A stretch of 64,000 nucleotides of DNA from Centroscyllium fabricii (Eukaryota): NCBI GenBank assembly GCA_051313645.2, contig JBNRSN020000002.1:205964001-206028000 (forward strand). Direction: 5' to 3'. The translations under genes and the position numbers were made by a program. Positions 10,010 to 23,600 of this stretch are shown here, in pieces. Every line of letters begins with the position of its first letter. Position 1 is the first letter of the stretch. The notes beneath the pieces are model-generated. The model did not search any database, was not told where the DNA came from, and worked only from the letters and a program-made list of their open reading frames with translations.

Positions 10010-12890
10010 ATACAATATATCAACACATACTCATAGCTGTACCCCTTGTCCTCACCACCGTTTGTGAGCTTTCAACTTCGTAGCTTTTGATTATCTTCCT
10101 TCATGTCACTGGTTTACTGGAATCCCATTACTCTTAATCTTTCTTCCCAGAAAATCTCTCCTAGTTCCTTCACAAATTCACTGTCACACTTCCAACTCCC
10201 TCTGCCCCATAAAACCTCTACCACTGTTGACTTGCTTAGCTGCTCCATCATTTCTGCGATTAGTGCTAACATTCTCACCAAATCACTTACTGTCTCCCAC
10301 TCTTGCCTTTTCTGATATGGTTGCCATCTTTAGTCCCTTAAATTCAATGGCCTCAAACTTAAGCATATCTGCTGCATGACTGATCGAATCATCCATCCCC
10401 AGAACTGGCTCAGCCATGTTAAACACTCTTGTGTCTGCTTATCCTCACTCAAATCCTCTATTACTCTTTGAGAGTCAGGGCAAATCTAAACTCCTCTTCT
10501 CTCTGATGAACTGCTTCCTCAAACTCCTTTAAGCATACCCTCCACCCTCACATTCGACAACAAGTGCAAAGAGCTCACAGATTTCTTCATCTATAAGATT
10601 CAGACCATACGAGCAGCTTCCTCTACTGCCACAGCCCTTCCTGTTCCCAATGACCTTCAGCCTTAAATGCCTTATGCTTGATCCTTTGTCAATCTGGGGT
10701 TTCTCTTCCCTTGCCTGCTATAACTGATTTCTGCCATGTCACCTGCCACTTGCTCCCTCAATCCATTCCTCACTAAACTCCTAACCACTCATCTTTAACT
10801 TATCTTTCCTCTCTAATGTCCTTGAAATATGTCATCACCTTCCAGCTCTATCCTAAATGTCCGTATTCAAATCAATTCAGCTCCAGAACTGAGATTACCT
10901 TAGCCATGGATGACATTACATGTATCTGCGACTGTTGTGTGCTTCACTCTTCATGCTCCTGCAACTTTGCATTGTAAGATTCTCGAAACTGTAATAAAAC
11001 TACTGCTACCATGTGAAGATTGAAATTCAGAATGAATTGTGAATTGGTTACAGAAGGCAAACTGAAGAAATCAAAATGTGTTCTTTGTTTGTGAAGACAC
11101 AAAATAGCAGAAGTCAGCAGGGGATCCTTTTCCTGGTTGTCAGTATGGTCCTTTGTTTCAAAGGCCACATGGACAGGAAGGAGTCACCGGGTTGACAAGG
11201 AAGTCCTGTCCCCACACACCTCACAGGAACATGAACGTGTGATGCAGAAGGAACTCCAATCAGGGAAGGCTTGGAGTGAAACTGACCTATCAGAGGAGGG
11301 CAGACATTGACATATGAGTGGGCCCAGCAGAAAGGTCCTATTGCAAAAGTAACCCAGGGGCGGGAAATTCAGAACACAGAAGGGACAAAGAAGACTGGAC
11401 AGAAGAACAGAGGAGGCTGGCCAGTATACATTTCAACCTAGAACTTTTCTGGATTGATTATCCAGAGTTAAAAGAGCATGTCTGAAAGTCAGACGAAGAG
11501 CTTAGATATTGTTAAAAGGGATACTTTTATGTACGGTTGAATTGGAATATAAAACCGCCCAGAGGTAGTGCATAAATTACTGGGAAATGCTTTTATGTAT
11601 GGGTAAATTGGGTGCATATTGACTGCAATTGTACACTTGAATTTTGAACTATAGTGTGAATAAAGTCCAATTTTATTGATCACCTACTTGTCTGTCATTG
11701 TTTCGCGTATTCATAATTCTCGAAGTCCGAACCATAGTAAGAGAAAGGTTTACAGCATGAAGTACAGCATGGTCAACCATGCCATCCTTCTCTATTGCAT
11801 CTCATCTGTTGTGCAACTCAATGCATCTGCCCTCACAAGGTTTGTTAATATTTGTTCCACCTCAGCAAGCACATCTCCAGTAATGGCTTCTCTTTTTGAC
11901 TTGAGTAACCTCCAAAGCTATGGAAGGATTTATCCTGGCTCCTTCTTCTTCCTCATCTCCATGCTGCCCACCACTGACATTATATGTAAGCACAGGGTCA
12001 ACTTCCATATGTATGTTGTAGACATCCAGCTCTACCTCTCCCATTACCATCTCTCAGACTGCCTGACTGATATTAAGTCACAACTAAATGAAAATTTCCA
12101 CAAAATTGACCATATGGATATCACAAAGACAAAACCATCATTTCAGCTGCCACCATAAACTCAGTTTGATTGCCACTGACTCGGTCCCTCTAACTAGCCA
12201 TTAACTTAGGCTGAATCAGGCCATTCAAACCTTGGTGTCCTGTTTGATTTCAAGCTCAACTTCAAACCCCACATTCTATGCATGACCAAGACTACGTAAT
12301 TCCACTTACAACGTCACCCACCACCATTGCTATGTTACCCCCACCATTGCCAAAATATTTTCCATGTTTTTGTCACCTATAGACTCAATTTCAACAATAT
12401 CCTTATCACTGTCTTTCATTTCCAACCTTCATAAACGCAACTGGTTCAAAGCTCAGCTATCATATACGATCCTGCTCTAAGCCCCAATCACCCATCACCC
12501 CTGCCCTCACTGACTTCCATTGGTTTATTGTCCCACACTGCAGTTAATTTAAATTCCTCAAATATTCAAATTTATGCTTGGCCTTGTCCCACCCTACCTC
12601 TACAGTGGCCTCTAGCCTTCTGCTCTCTCATGCATTTTAGTTCTTTGACTCTGGTCTCTTTGCCCCACTATTGGTGTCAGAGATATCAGTTGTTTCAGTG
12701 CTACACTCTAGAATTCCTTTCAGCTTTATATTTCTCCTTTCTTAAAACCATTCTCAAAATCCATCTCTTTTGGTTACCTCTCCAAGCTCTCCACTATACT
12801 TGGTGTCCATTTCTTTTTTATTTATTTATAAAACATCTTGGGACATTTTTCTACATTAAAAGCTCTATATAAATGCTTGTTGTTGTTGCT
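10010..12890 (+). mobile_element. L2 LINE remnant (degraded RT and 3' tail)
   Basis: Remnants VNHAILL and HRVNFHMYVVDIQLYLS (YADD region). 3' end TACATTAAAAGCTCTATATAAATGC(TTG)n. Confidence 0.75.
10973..11754 (+). mobile_element. Solo LTR (~780 bp) inserted in the L2
   Basis: TGTAA...TTACA termini, 4-bp TSD GCAT (10969-10972 and 11755-11758), AATAAA near 11659. Confidence 0.75.
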
Positions 12891-13716
12891 TACTTTTGAA
12901 GAAACTAGAATCATCTGTGAAGGAATATGCCAGACAAACCTATTCAGAAAAATACACTATCTTATGAAGGAGTTGTGGCCTTATTCAAACATGAGAAGCT
13001 GGGTTTGGAAATTTAGAAACCAAACTATGAAATAGCTATGAAAGCATTCTGGCTATTGAGGTAAGACAGCTGTTGACCCTGAATAAATAACCTTATTGAA
13101 ACAGAAGGTTCATGGCTCCAACAAGCTGAACTTTTGGGAATAAAACAATGGTTCACCCTGGAAAAGGTGTTCTAATTTAAACTTCATAAAGATGACACAC
13201 AAGATAAGGAACATCTGCCCTCATAAAGATGACATAAAATAAGAAGCACCTGCCATTCACACCGTTTATATATTGTTATCCCGGAACACCTGGAGATGAG
13301 ACAATATTCTGGCTGAAGTGGCAGTAAGAGTTGCAGAGGTTGGTAGAAAGATAAGTAGAGATAATTAACTTGCATCAGCAGAAAACCTTGAAGGAAATAC
13401 AACTGGTAAAGGGTATAAATATTGAAGTATCAAATGGGATGATGTAAAATGACTACTGAGCACTTGGTTTGAGTATAAAACCAGACTTTAATCAACTTTT
13501 TCATAACCATGAGAGATTTTAGTTACATCACGAGTTCCTGATTACAAAAACGTCCTGCGCAAGCTAGGCCCACGCCCAAGTTTTTATACTTCCTGGACGG
13601 CACCACCAGCTGGCCGCCAAGTGTTATTTTATGAATCATTTCTTCATGAATGATAAGATTCATGATATTCTTCCTGCCTAAAAGATTTGGAAGTCCGACG
13701 ACTTACTTCTAATGGA

Positions 13717-16535
13717 TTAGATGGAACACGAATAGCCGCAGTTTTTAGATCTTTGTTTGCGGCTGGAAGGCACGTCTCCCCAGACCGTGGCTTGGTCCCT
13801 GGGTTGCTTGGTCTGTACTGGTAGATCGACAATGCCCGTGTTGCCTTGATCGACCTGAGGGACACTGGGGAGATTGTGACTCCGGGTGCGGGTCTCCGCA
13901 GGCGCAGAGCTGGCATCATCTTGTTTGGTAGTCAGGGATTGACTAGCATCCTGGCTTTGGGTGGCCATCCCATGGGGAGTGCTCGCCTCCCTGAATTGAT
14001 ATGGTGGAGTAGCCTGCAGATCCCTTGATGTCCCAGGTAGGGCGTCATCTTCAAAGGAGTGCAGAGTATAGGCATCATTACTATGGTTCCCTCTATCAGT
14101 TGGGTTCGTGGGACCAGTTGGACAGGGAGCCAGATCTCGAAGTGAAATGGTGGACTCCTGGCCATCAGGGTACCGCATGTGTGTGTATGTGGGATTAATG
14201 TCTGTTAGTTCCACCTCGTCGATGAGGGAATCATTTTTGGAAGATCGAACAAATCTTTGGAGCAGCACGGGGCAGGGAGCTGCCAACCATGACAGTAGGC
14301 ATGTCCCATGCATGGAGCAATGCTGGAACTTGAAAAATCGCTCATGAGGAGTGACATTGGTGGACGTAGAAAGAAGAGACCTGATGGAATGCAACGCATC
14401 AGGGAGCATAGTTTCCCACTGTTGGTCTGGTAGATTGCGTGACCTCAGTGCAAGATGAACAGCTTTCCAAATGATAGCATTTTATCTCGCAACCTGTCCA
14501 TTTCTGATGGGATGATACAGTGTAATTTTACTTGTGGTGATACCTCGTTGGGAAAGATAACTTTTGAGTTTGCTTGACATGAAGGAGAGACCCCGATCAG
14601 AGTGGATAATATTGGCCATACTGCAAAGGGAAAAGACTTGATTGAGGCATTTATTTGATCACTGTGGAAGCAAGCATATTGGGACAGGGGAAAGCAAAGG
14701 GAAAGTGTGAATATTCGTCCACCATCGTAAGTAAGTAAGTGTTTCGCGTTGAGGAAGGCAATGTCCCTTTAACGTCAATGCTGAGTCACTGGATAAGCTG
14801 TATAGCGTGTATTAGCGAGCCATCCAATGGACGGAAGAATTGCGGTTTAATTCCACACAAATTCGACAGGAGGAGCATGTTCTTTTCACATCTTCCATAG
14901 AAAATGGGAGATTTTTAGATCGCACAAAGTGCAACATATGGGATATGCCAGGGTATAAAGATCAGCAAGAGTCGAAGTTGACATAGAAGAGCAGAATGCA
15001 CGCATGAGGGTATCAGGGGCCGCATTCTCTTTGTCGGGTCGATAATATATGGTGTAGCCAAAGGCGGCCAATTCCACCCTCCAGAGTTGAATTTGTTATT
15101 CTTGATCTTAGTGTGTTTCCAGTTATCCAGCTTAAAGGCCACAAAGTGCTGATCGGTTATAAGCGTGAAATGGCAATGAGCAAGAAAATGACTCCATTTA
15201 CGTACCGCTTCGATGATAGCCATAGCTTCCTTCTCGACAGGAGGATGATGGAGCTCGCTACCTGCAAAGTTCCGGACAGAAATGCAACGTGTTGTCCACC
15301 TTGATTCAAGGTAGCCAAGATCACCACCTCCGATGCATGGCACTCGACCATGAAAGGAAGATTTTCATCGATGGAATGAAGCATGGCTTTTTCCAGTTGT
15401 TGCTTGAGGAGGTAGAAAGCTGAAATAGCCAATGCCTCCAACAGAAATGACTTTGCGTGAAGCAGGGGCTGGATCTTGTCGGAGAAGGTGGGGTAAACAC
15501 ATCACAAAATAGGCAAACATGCTGAGTGCCCGACAAAGGGAGCCGAGTTTCGTAGGGGGAGGGAGCTCCTGAAGTGTACAAAGTCACTCTGGATCTGGTT
15601 TGATGACTCCTTTGCCCACCCAATAGACAAGGATGTTGACTGATGGTACAGATTTCACAGATTTGAACTCATTTAAGGTAAAGCTGCGATGACCGAGAAT
15701 GTCAAAAGATTTCTGAATGTTGGCATCATGCGCCATCTGGTCATGACCAGCAATGGTGATATTATCCAGGTTTGGAACAGTATCCGTTAAGTTCTCCTGT
15801 TTGACTAGGCTATCCATTGCCTGTTGAAAGATGGCCACCCCATTGGTGACCCCAAATGGAAGGCAACAAACTGATAAAGCCGACCATTGGCCTCAGCGGC
15901 CGTATACATTTTGTCAGAGTCCTTTAACAGAACTTGACGGTATGCGCTCTTTAAATCAAAAGTTAAAAATACCTTGTAGTTGGCAAGGTTATTGACCATG
16001 TCATCGATGCATGGAGTGGGTAGGCATCCAGGTCAGTAATCGATGCAAAGACGCTTCTTGTGTTGCTTCAGAGGATTTTTAACAATGACGACTTGAGTCC
16101 GTCAGGAAGATGAACATGGCTCAATGATACTGTCAGCTAGAAGGTGAGAGATTCTGCCTCAATTAAGGATCGATTATCTTGACTGAAACATCATGATTTA
16201 GTGACTATAGGCTTACATCGAAGGGAAAGATTGGCAAAGGAGGGCTCGTTGAGCGAAGCCACCGAAAGCGCACAAAACGGTACTTTGGAAATAGTAAGCT
16301 CCGGATTTGACCCTCCAAGGTTGAAAGTGAGTCCTTTGTTTTGTTTCTGGAAATCCTTTCCCAGGAGCACATCACTGCATAGGTTTTTGAGCACCCCAAG
16401 CCGGGTGGAGAAATAAGTGCAGCCATTGAGAATAAGGTCGACAAGACCGGAATAGTTGGTGATCAGTGTCGTCAGAGCCATTGCAATTTCCCTGTCCGAG
16501 GGGTAAATGCGCAGTTTTAACTGACTGACAATTAA
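13717..16535 (-). pseudogene. pol: Degraded pol of A3
   Basis: ORF pieces 16191-16481, 15805-15999 (DLKSAY), 15584-15838, 15157-15441 (RNase H) and 13717-14409 (integrase C-terminus). Confidence 0.88.
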
Positions 16536-16559
16536 CTTTAATTTAACTTACACAATTCC

Positions 16560-16700
16560 TTTTGATGAGACTGAGGCTCTATCTCCTTGTTCAGATGGAC
16601 ATAAAAGATTCCATGGCACGTATTTGAAGAACAGCAGGGAGTTCTCTCCATTTCCTGGCCAATGTTGTCCTTCAAGAAATCCTATTGAAACACATTAATC
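16560..16700 (+). mobile_element. DeuSINE/SacSINE1-like fragment
   Basis: Similar to 28820-28960 of the fuller SINE copy. Confidence 0.5.
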
Positions 16701-16925
16701 ATAAGAACATAAGAATTAGGAGCAGGAGTAGGCTATACGGTCCCTCGAGCCTGCTCCACCATTCAATAAGATTATGACTGATCTTCAACCTCGACTCCAC
16801 TTTCCCGCCCGATCTCCATATCCCTTGATTCCCCGAGAGTCCAAAAATCTATCGATCTCAGCCTTGAATATACTCAACCATTCAGCATCCACAGCCCTCT
16901 GGGGCAGAGAATTCCAAAGCTCACT
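16700..16925 (-). mobile_element. CR1 LINE 3' end inserted in A3
   Basis: (TTCTTATG)n tail, 3' UTR hairpin and LWNSLPQRAV on the minus strand. Confidence 0.85.
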
Positions 16926-16961
16926 AAGGAAGCTGTTAGGAGCTGCATGAGTCGATTAGTG

Positions 16962-19900
16962 TGTAGGAGTCGGCAGACTTTCTTCTCGCGTTTCAAAGTA
17001 AAAAGACGCGGGGTGTGGGAGCACAAGTTCAACAGGTCTTTATTACATGGTTCAGCAGTACAAAACTGTTCGAAAAAGCCCGCGAATCCGCAAAACACTC
17101 TGGGGCGCATGAGTCGACCTGAGTGGCAGTTCCTTAGGCGATTGAGGGACTGAGGCTGGTGAACCGGTTGTCCAATCGGACCGCGTGGGCGTGACCGACA
17201 GTTGCATGGCGATTAAGCCTGAGAGGGGGAGCACTGGTGGCTATCCTGGGTAGCGCCACTACATACGCCCCCCCAGAATCCCCATGCGCATGGAAGGTCA
17301 GCCTGCAGGGAGGTCTGACCAGGCGGCTTGACCACGTGTGGTAGCCCGCGGGCGTGTCACGGATGGGGATGGGATCCGGCCGGGGCATGGCTGCGGCGGG
17401 TGGGGCTGGCGTGGCTGCCAGAGGCGGCGAGGGCAGGGGGGAAGGGGCGGCCGGGGGGGCCGGGGGTTGGACGGGTGCGGGCTCGTCGACGGGGAGTACC
17501 AACCCCGCGTGAGGGGCCAGGGGGAATGGGTCGGACAGGGTGGGGTCCATGTGTGCCACCTTCAGTCTGTCGATGGACACCAGGTCCTTCCTCCCGCCGA
17601 CTGCAAGCAGGAATCTTGTCCCTGGCCTCCAGGATGCGGAAGGGGCCCGTGTATGGTGCCTGGAGCGACGTCCCATGGGCATCCCAGCGCACGAAGATGA
17701 AACGGTCCTGGCGCAGTTCGGCGGGCACATGGGTAGACCGGGGCCCGTGGGACGACGTGGGTGTGGGGAGCAGGCGGTGGGCTGGGTCATTGCTGCGGGC
17801 CAGCTGCTCGGCCGCCGACCAACCCTCGGTGGCGGAGGGGAGGAATTCCCCAGGGATGCAGAGGGGCTGGCCCAGGACTAACTCGGCCGAGGAGACGGCG
17901 AGGTCCTCCTTGGGTGCCGACCATAGCCCGAGCAGGACCCATGGGAATCTGTCGAGCAAGTTGGCGTCGGCCAAGCTGGCATGGAGGGAGGCCTTGAGGG
18001 CGCGGTGGAAGCGCTCGCACAAGCCATTGGACTGGGGATGGTAGGCCGTTGGGCGGTGCAGGGTAGTGCCCAGGCCGGCAGCGATGGCGCCCCAGAGCTG
18101 CAAAGTGAACTGGGGGCCCCTGTCGGATGTAATGTCCGACACAATGCCGAACTGGGCCACCCAGGCGGCGATGGAAACGCGGGCCACATCTGCTGCGGTG
18201 GTGGAGGACAGGGGGATGACATCAGGCCACCTGGTGGTGCGATCCACCACGGTGAGGAGGTGGGTGAAGCCCTGTGAGGGGGGCAGGGGGCCGACCAAAT
18301 CCCCGTGGACGTGGTCGAACTGGCGTTCGGGGACTGGGAAGTGCTGGAGGGGGGCCTTGGTGTGGAGGTGCACTTTAGCCCGTTGGCATTCGGGGCAAGT
18401 GTTGGTCCAATCCCGCACGTCCTTGTGCAGGCCAGGCCAAATGAACTTGGTGGACATGAGCTTCTGGGAAGCCCGCATGCCCGGGTGGGAGAGGCCGTGG
18501 ATAAGGTCAAAAAGCCGCCTGCGCCACGTGGTGGCGACCAGAGGCCTGGGTTGGGGCACGGAGGTGTCGCATAACAGCGTGGTCCCTGCCGCGTGGAAAT
18601 GGACGTTAGCCAGGGTCATGTCTGTGGCCGTGCAGCGGAGGGCCTGGAGTTCGGGGCCTGCCCGTTGGGCCTGTGCCATGTCGGCGTAGTCAACTCCGAG
18701 CTGGAACGCGTGGAGGAAAGCCCGGTAAAGGCAGTCAGCGACGACGTTGTCTTTCCCAGATACGTGGCGGATGTCGGTCTGAACTCCGAGATGAAGTTCA
18801 GGTGGCGCTGTTGGTGCCCCGACCAGGGTTCGGAGACTTTGGCCATCGCAAAGGTGAGGGGCTTATGGTCAACGTAGACTGTGAACGGGCGGCCTTCGAG
18901 GAGGAAACGGAAGTGCCGCACCGCGAGGAATAGGGCCAGCAGCTCTCGGTCAAAGGTGCTGTATGCCAGTTCATTCTTCCGCAGTTGGCGGCTGAAGAAT
19001 GCGAGGGGCTGCCAGGACCCGTTGACCCACTGCTGTTGGACCGCGCCGATGGCGTGGTCCAAAGTATCGGTGGTGAGCGCCAGCAGTGCACCCGGGATGG
19101 GCTGGGCCAACAGGTTGGCTTCGGCGAGGGCCGATTTGGCTTGGCTGATGGCTCAGCCATGTCAGTGGTCCAAACCAGGGTGTCCTTACCAGTTTTACCC
19201 CTGGTGGCCCCGAAGAGGGGGCGCATGTTGGATGCCGTGCCGGGGAGGAAATGGTGATAAAAGTTTATCATCCCCAGGAATTTTTGGAGGGCCCGGACCA
19301 TGTTGGGGTGGGGGAAGTTCATAACCGCCTGGACCTTGGCCGGCAGCGGGATGACGCCAGCTGCCGAAATGCGGTGTCCTAGAAAATCGACCTCGGTGAG
19401 GCCGAACTGGCACTTCAGCAGGTTGAAAATCAGGCCGTGCTGCGACAACCATTGAAACAGAGCGCGTAAATGAACAGTATGCTGCGCTTTGTCCGCACTC
19501 ACAACCAGAATATCGTCCCGGTACACATATAGGAAGTTCAAGTCCCGGAGGACTGAGTCCATGAGCCGTTGGAATGCCTACTCCGCGTTCTTTAGGCCGA
19601 TCGGCATGCACAGGAATTCGTATAGTCCAGAGGGTGTGATCACCGCCGTCTTAGGGATGTCATCGGGGTGCACTGGTACCTGGTGATAGCCCCGGACAAG
19701 GTCGACCTTGGAGAAGATCGACTTCCCCACCAGGTTGGCCGAAAATTCCTGTATGTGCGGTACCGGGTACCGGTCTGGTGTTGTGGTGTCGTTGAGGCAT
19801 CTGTAGTCGCCACATGGCCTCCAACCGCTGCCGGGCTTGGGGACGATGTGGAGCGGCGATGACCATGGGCTGTTCGATGGGCAGATGATGCCGAGCTTCT

Positions 19901-21541
19901 CCATGGCCGAGAACTCCTCCTTGGCCGCCGCCATTTTTGTGGGGTCCAGTTGCCTGGTGTGGGCGAAGATCGGCGGGCCCGTGGTGCAGATGTGATGCTG
20001 CACACCATGCATAGCCTCCACAGCCGAAAAGGTGGGCTGTGTGAGTGTGGGGAACTCAGCGAGGAGCTTGGCGAATTCGTCGCGGCGGGGTGAGGCGCAG
20101 GAGCTCACCAGAGCCGTGCTGTTGCTCCTCTGGCAGGTCAGGGAGGCGAAGGTGGAAGCGTCCATGAGTCGCCTGCCCCGGACATCTACGAGGAGGCTGT
20201 GGGCACATAGAAAGTCCACGCCGAGGATCGGCTGGTCTACAGCGGCTGTAACGAAGTCCCACGTGAAGCGCTGCCCCCTGACGCAGATCTCTGCCCGGCG
20301 CTTACGTGGTAATGGCGGCGCCATTGACTGCCATGAGGGGTGGGCTTGTGGGGCCGGCTTGGTGATCGAGGTGTGTGGCTGGCAGGATGCTGCACTGGGC
20401 ACCGGTATCGCAGAGGAATCAGCGCCCCGAAAGGGAGTCTGTGACGAAAAGCAGCTTCACTGCTGAACCGATGGCGTTGGTGGTGGCTGGGCCCTGTCGG
20501 CGGCGTGGTGCTGCGGCAGCCTGCGTGGGCGCGAACCAGCATGGCGGCCTGCAGCACTGGGCCTGGGGACTGAACCGCGTGTGGTAATAACACAGGCCCG
20601 CCTGCGGTTGTGGCGTGGGCCTGCGCGTGGGAGGAGAGAGCCGTGTAGCTGTGCAGTCTGCGGTCCCACAGAGCTGGATGTGGTCTGCCGCGACCGCCAG
20701 GTCAGCGTAGGAGAGGCCCTCCGAGTTTGCCAGGGCTGTTTGAATCGACTGCGGCAGCAGGCTGATGAATAAGGCACAGAACAGGGGGCAGTCTCTGTGG
20801 TCGCCGAGGAGGGCCAGCATCCTGTTCATGAGGTGTGTGAGGGTAGAGTCCCCGAACCCCGGGTGGTCAAGGAGCCACCGGGCCCGCACGTCCTCGGGCA
20901 GGTCGTGGGCCTGGAGCAGGCATGCTTTGAGGGCCCCGTATCTGTTGGCCTGTGGCGGCTGCCACAGGAGATCCACAATGTCCGCTGCTACATGGCTGGG
21001 CAGCGTGGCCACAATGAGGAGGTAGTGATCGCCATTGCTGCTGAGGCATCTGAGGTCGAATTGGGCCTCCGCCTGGAGGAACCATGCAGCGGCCTGGTGT
21101 TCCCAGAAGGCAGGGAGGCTGAGGATGCAGGGTCGTTCGGCGGCCAGCGTTAGGTTGGCCATGGTTTCGGCAGCTGGCGTTGGGCTGACCGCTGGTTGCA
21201 TGTTCGAGTTGACTTGGTTGGAAACTGACATCAGGGGTCACCAATTGTAGGAGTCAGCAGACTTCCTACTTGCATTTTGAAGTAAAAAGTTGCAGGGTGC
21301 CAGAGCACAAGTTCAACACGTCTTTTTTACATGGTTCAGCAGTACAAAACTGTTTGAAAAAGCCCGCAAATCCGCAAAGCACTCTGGGGCGCATGAGTTG
21401 ACCTGAGTGGCAGTTCCTTAGGTCACTGAGAGGCTGGCGAACCGGTTGTCCAATCGGACCGCGTGGGTGGGACCGACCGTTGCATGCCGATTATGCCTGA
21501 GAGGGGGAGCCCTGGTGGCTCTCCTGGGTAGCGCCGCTACA
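16962..21541 (-). mobile_element. Gypsy element B1, CsRn1/Kabuki/Boudicca clade, full length, nested in the protease of A3
   Basis: LTRs 16962-17263 and 21246-21541. tRNA-Trp-type PBS TGGTGACCCC at 21234-21243, G-rich PPT near 17264-17274, 4-bp TSD AGTG/TGTG, gag CHCC motif CYYH-X9-C-X3-C. Confidence 0.92.
17280..21231 (-). pseudogene. gag-pol of B1 with several frameshifts
   Basis: ORF pieces 20419-21231 (gag), 19578-20402 (PR-RT), 18798-19562 (YVYRDD), 18616-19110 (RH) and 17357-18679 (IN). Confidence 0.9.
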
Positions 21542-21575
21542 TGTGCACTCAAAATGTGTCTATTTACCGAAACCT

Positions 21576-22827
21576 TCATGGCTGCATTGGACAAACTTTG
21601 TGGAAAAACAGCTGTGATGGGAGGAGGGGCAGTTTTACCCTTGACAGCTGTAACCTCAGTAGTGTTTCTTGGGGGAGGAGCAATTTTATAGATTGTAGCT
21701 GTAACCTTAGTTGTGGAGGAGCAGTTTTATAGATAGTAGCTGCAAATCTAACAGGGGCTCTCGACCGGTATACCTTAGAAAAGTGGCCTTTCTTACTAAC
21801 AGAGGCTCTTGGCTGGCATACCTTAGAAAAGTGACCTTTCTTACTGCAATGATTGCAGACTGCATTACGAGCAGGACAAAATTTCCTATGGTGGAATGCA
21901 CTCCCACAGAAGAAACACTTCCTTCCAGATTGCCAAGATGCCGCTAGGGCAGGGTTGTCATTAGTGAATGCTTCTAGGGTAGGGTTGTCATCAGTCAGGT
22001 TGGAGTCATCATCAGTGAGGGCTTCCACACGAGGCCTATCGAAGGAGTCAGTAAAAGTGATAGCAGCAGCCCGTGCACATGCTGAAAGATTGATATCTGC
22101 ATTCCACTTTGCAAAGTCCAGAGAACATGCCTGGTGATAGGCAGCCTGTAACTTGAGGGTTTTATTCTACAACAGACACTGAGGTATGAAGGGAGATGCA
22201 ATCCTATTAATAAAGGAATCACAAATTAACTCCCCTTGGTACGGTTCAGCTGTGACAGCTTTAAGATTACAATCCTTGCTGAGCCTGAAAAGTTTCTGAA
22301 GGAATATAGATTTGGATGATAGATTGGTACATGGAGGGGAAGGAAGAGTAGGGGGGACAGGAAAAATCAGAGACGGACTAAGCGCGGCACTATATTGAGG
22401 GCCCAAAGGCCTGTACAGTGCTGTATGTTCGATGTGCTATGTTCTATGAATACATCAAGTGATTCCCTGGGTTGTTGTTGAATTGTGGCCAGTAGATGCC
22501 GAGCAAAAAATTAATTTGGGGATTTGACATATAGTTGCTGTTGTATTTGGATAGTAGCGTCATAGTCTACACAGTCTTTGATATAGTCAAACACGTGCGG
22601 GGATACATAATTGGCAAGCATTCATAACTTATTAGAAAAATTCTCACCACACTCCTCCAGGAAGTTGCTGAATGTGCAATACCAGTGTTTCTGTACCTTA
22701 GCAGCTGTAAGTGAATTTGGGTCCAGATGGAGACGGGCAGGTCTGAGTGGTTTCTCCATGATGGATCGATTACTTTGCCTGAGTTATTTTCCATGGTTTG
22801 AGTTGTAGCTGTCTGTTCCAAGGCCAC
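21576..22827 (-). pseudogene. gag: Degraded gag of A3
   Basis: CFFCGSAFHHRKFC and CNHCSKKGHFSKVC knuckles; interrupted by a SINE/CR1 tail at ~22325-22450. Confidence 0.75.
22325..22450 (+). mobile_element. HE1/CR1-type 3' tail fragment
   Basis: GGGCCCAAAGGCCTGT hairpin followed by a (TATGTTC)-like tail. Confidence 0.55.
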
Positions 22828-23600
22828 TCAGAGCATGGAGCAGGTCAGTTGATTAAATTTATTTAAAAAGACTACTGAGCACTTGGTTTGAGTATAAAAC
22901 AAGGTTTTAATCAACTGTTTTATAACCATGAGCTTCTAGTTACATCACTAGTTCCTGATTACAAAAACATCCTGGGCAAGCTGGGCCCACACCCAAGTAT
23001 TTGTACTCCCTGGACGGCGCCACCAGCTGGCCACCCAGTGTTATTTCATGAGTCATTTCTTCATGAATGATAAGATTTATGGCATGGGATATCAGACTCG
23101 CTTTAATCGGGCAAAGCGATTCTCAACTTCAGAGGTGGCTCTGTAGTCTATCACTCTTTGTACCTAGGGGATCAAAGGTATTTGATATTGATGGATATCC
23201 TTGAAAAGAAACCTTTAAGGACTGTAATACTGTAGCAAAGTTAAGATTTAAAAGTAAGATTCTCTGTTAAAATGATCGTATGTGATGTATCGTCAATAAT
23301 ACTAAAGACGAGTAGTTACCTTAACTATAGGCTTTTATTAGATTAAAAATGGAGCTAGTCTCCAGTCGAACATAAGGCACAGAATGACCGGGGGCAGGGC
23401 AGACCTCACCTATAAGGCTCCCACCTGAGGGGAGGAGTTAGAGGTGTGGCTGACCTGGCCTTACAACAGTGAATACATCAGGCAACTATATACATCTATA
23501 TACAGTGGTAATATGATTACCACATTCACCTCTTCTTTGAGAATGAGTCCGGCGGGGTGAATGGAACAGAGCAGTGCAAGGAGAAAATGTTATGTCCATA

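Larger units (their letters stand above)
13440..23084 (-). mobile_element. Gypsy element A3 (Mag-like lineage, older and degraded), full length
   Basis: LTRs 13440-13667 and 22859-23084, 5-bp TSD TGGGA, PPT 13668-13679. Frameshifted gag (two zinc knuckles at ~21830-21920), PR, RT (NLDN), RH and IN pieces. Confidence 0.88.

Noticed and set aside
17328-21250. Long antisense and alternative-frame ORFs over B1 (and likewise over B2, A4, A5)
   Set aside because: Expected shadow ORFs in GC-rich coding DNA; no recognisable domains.
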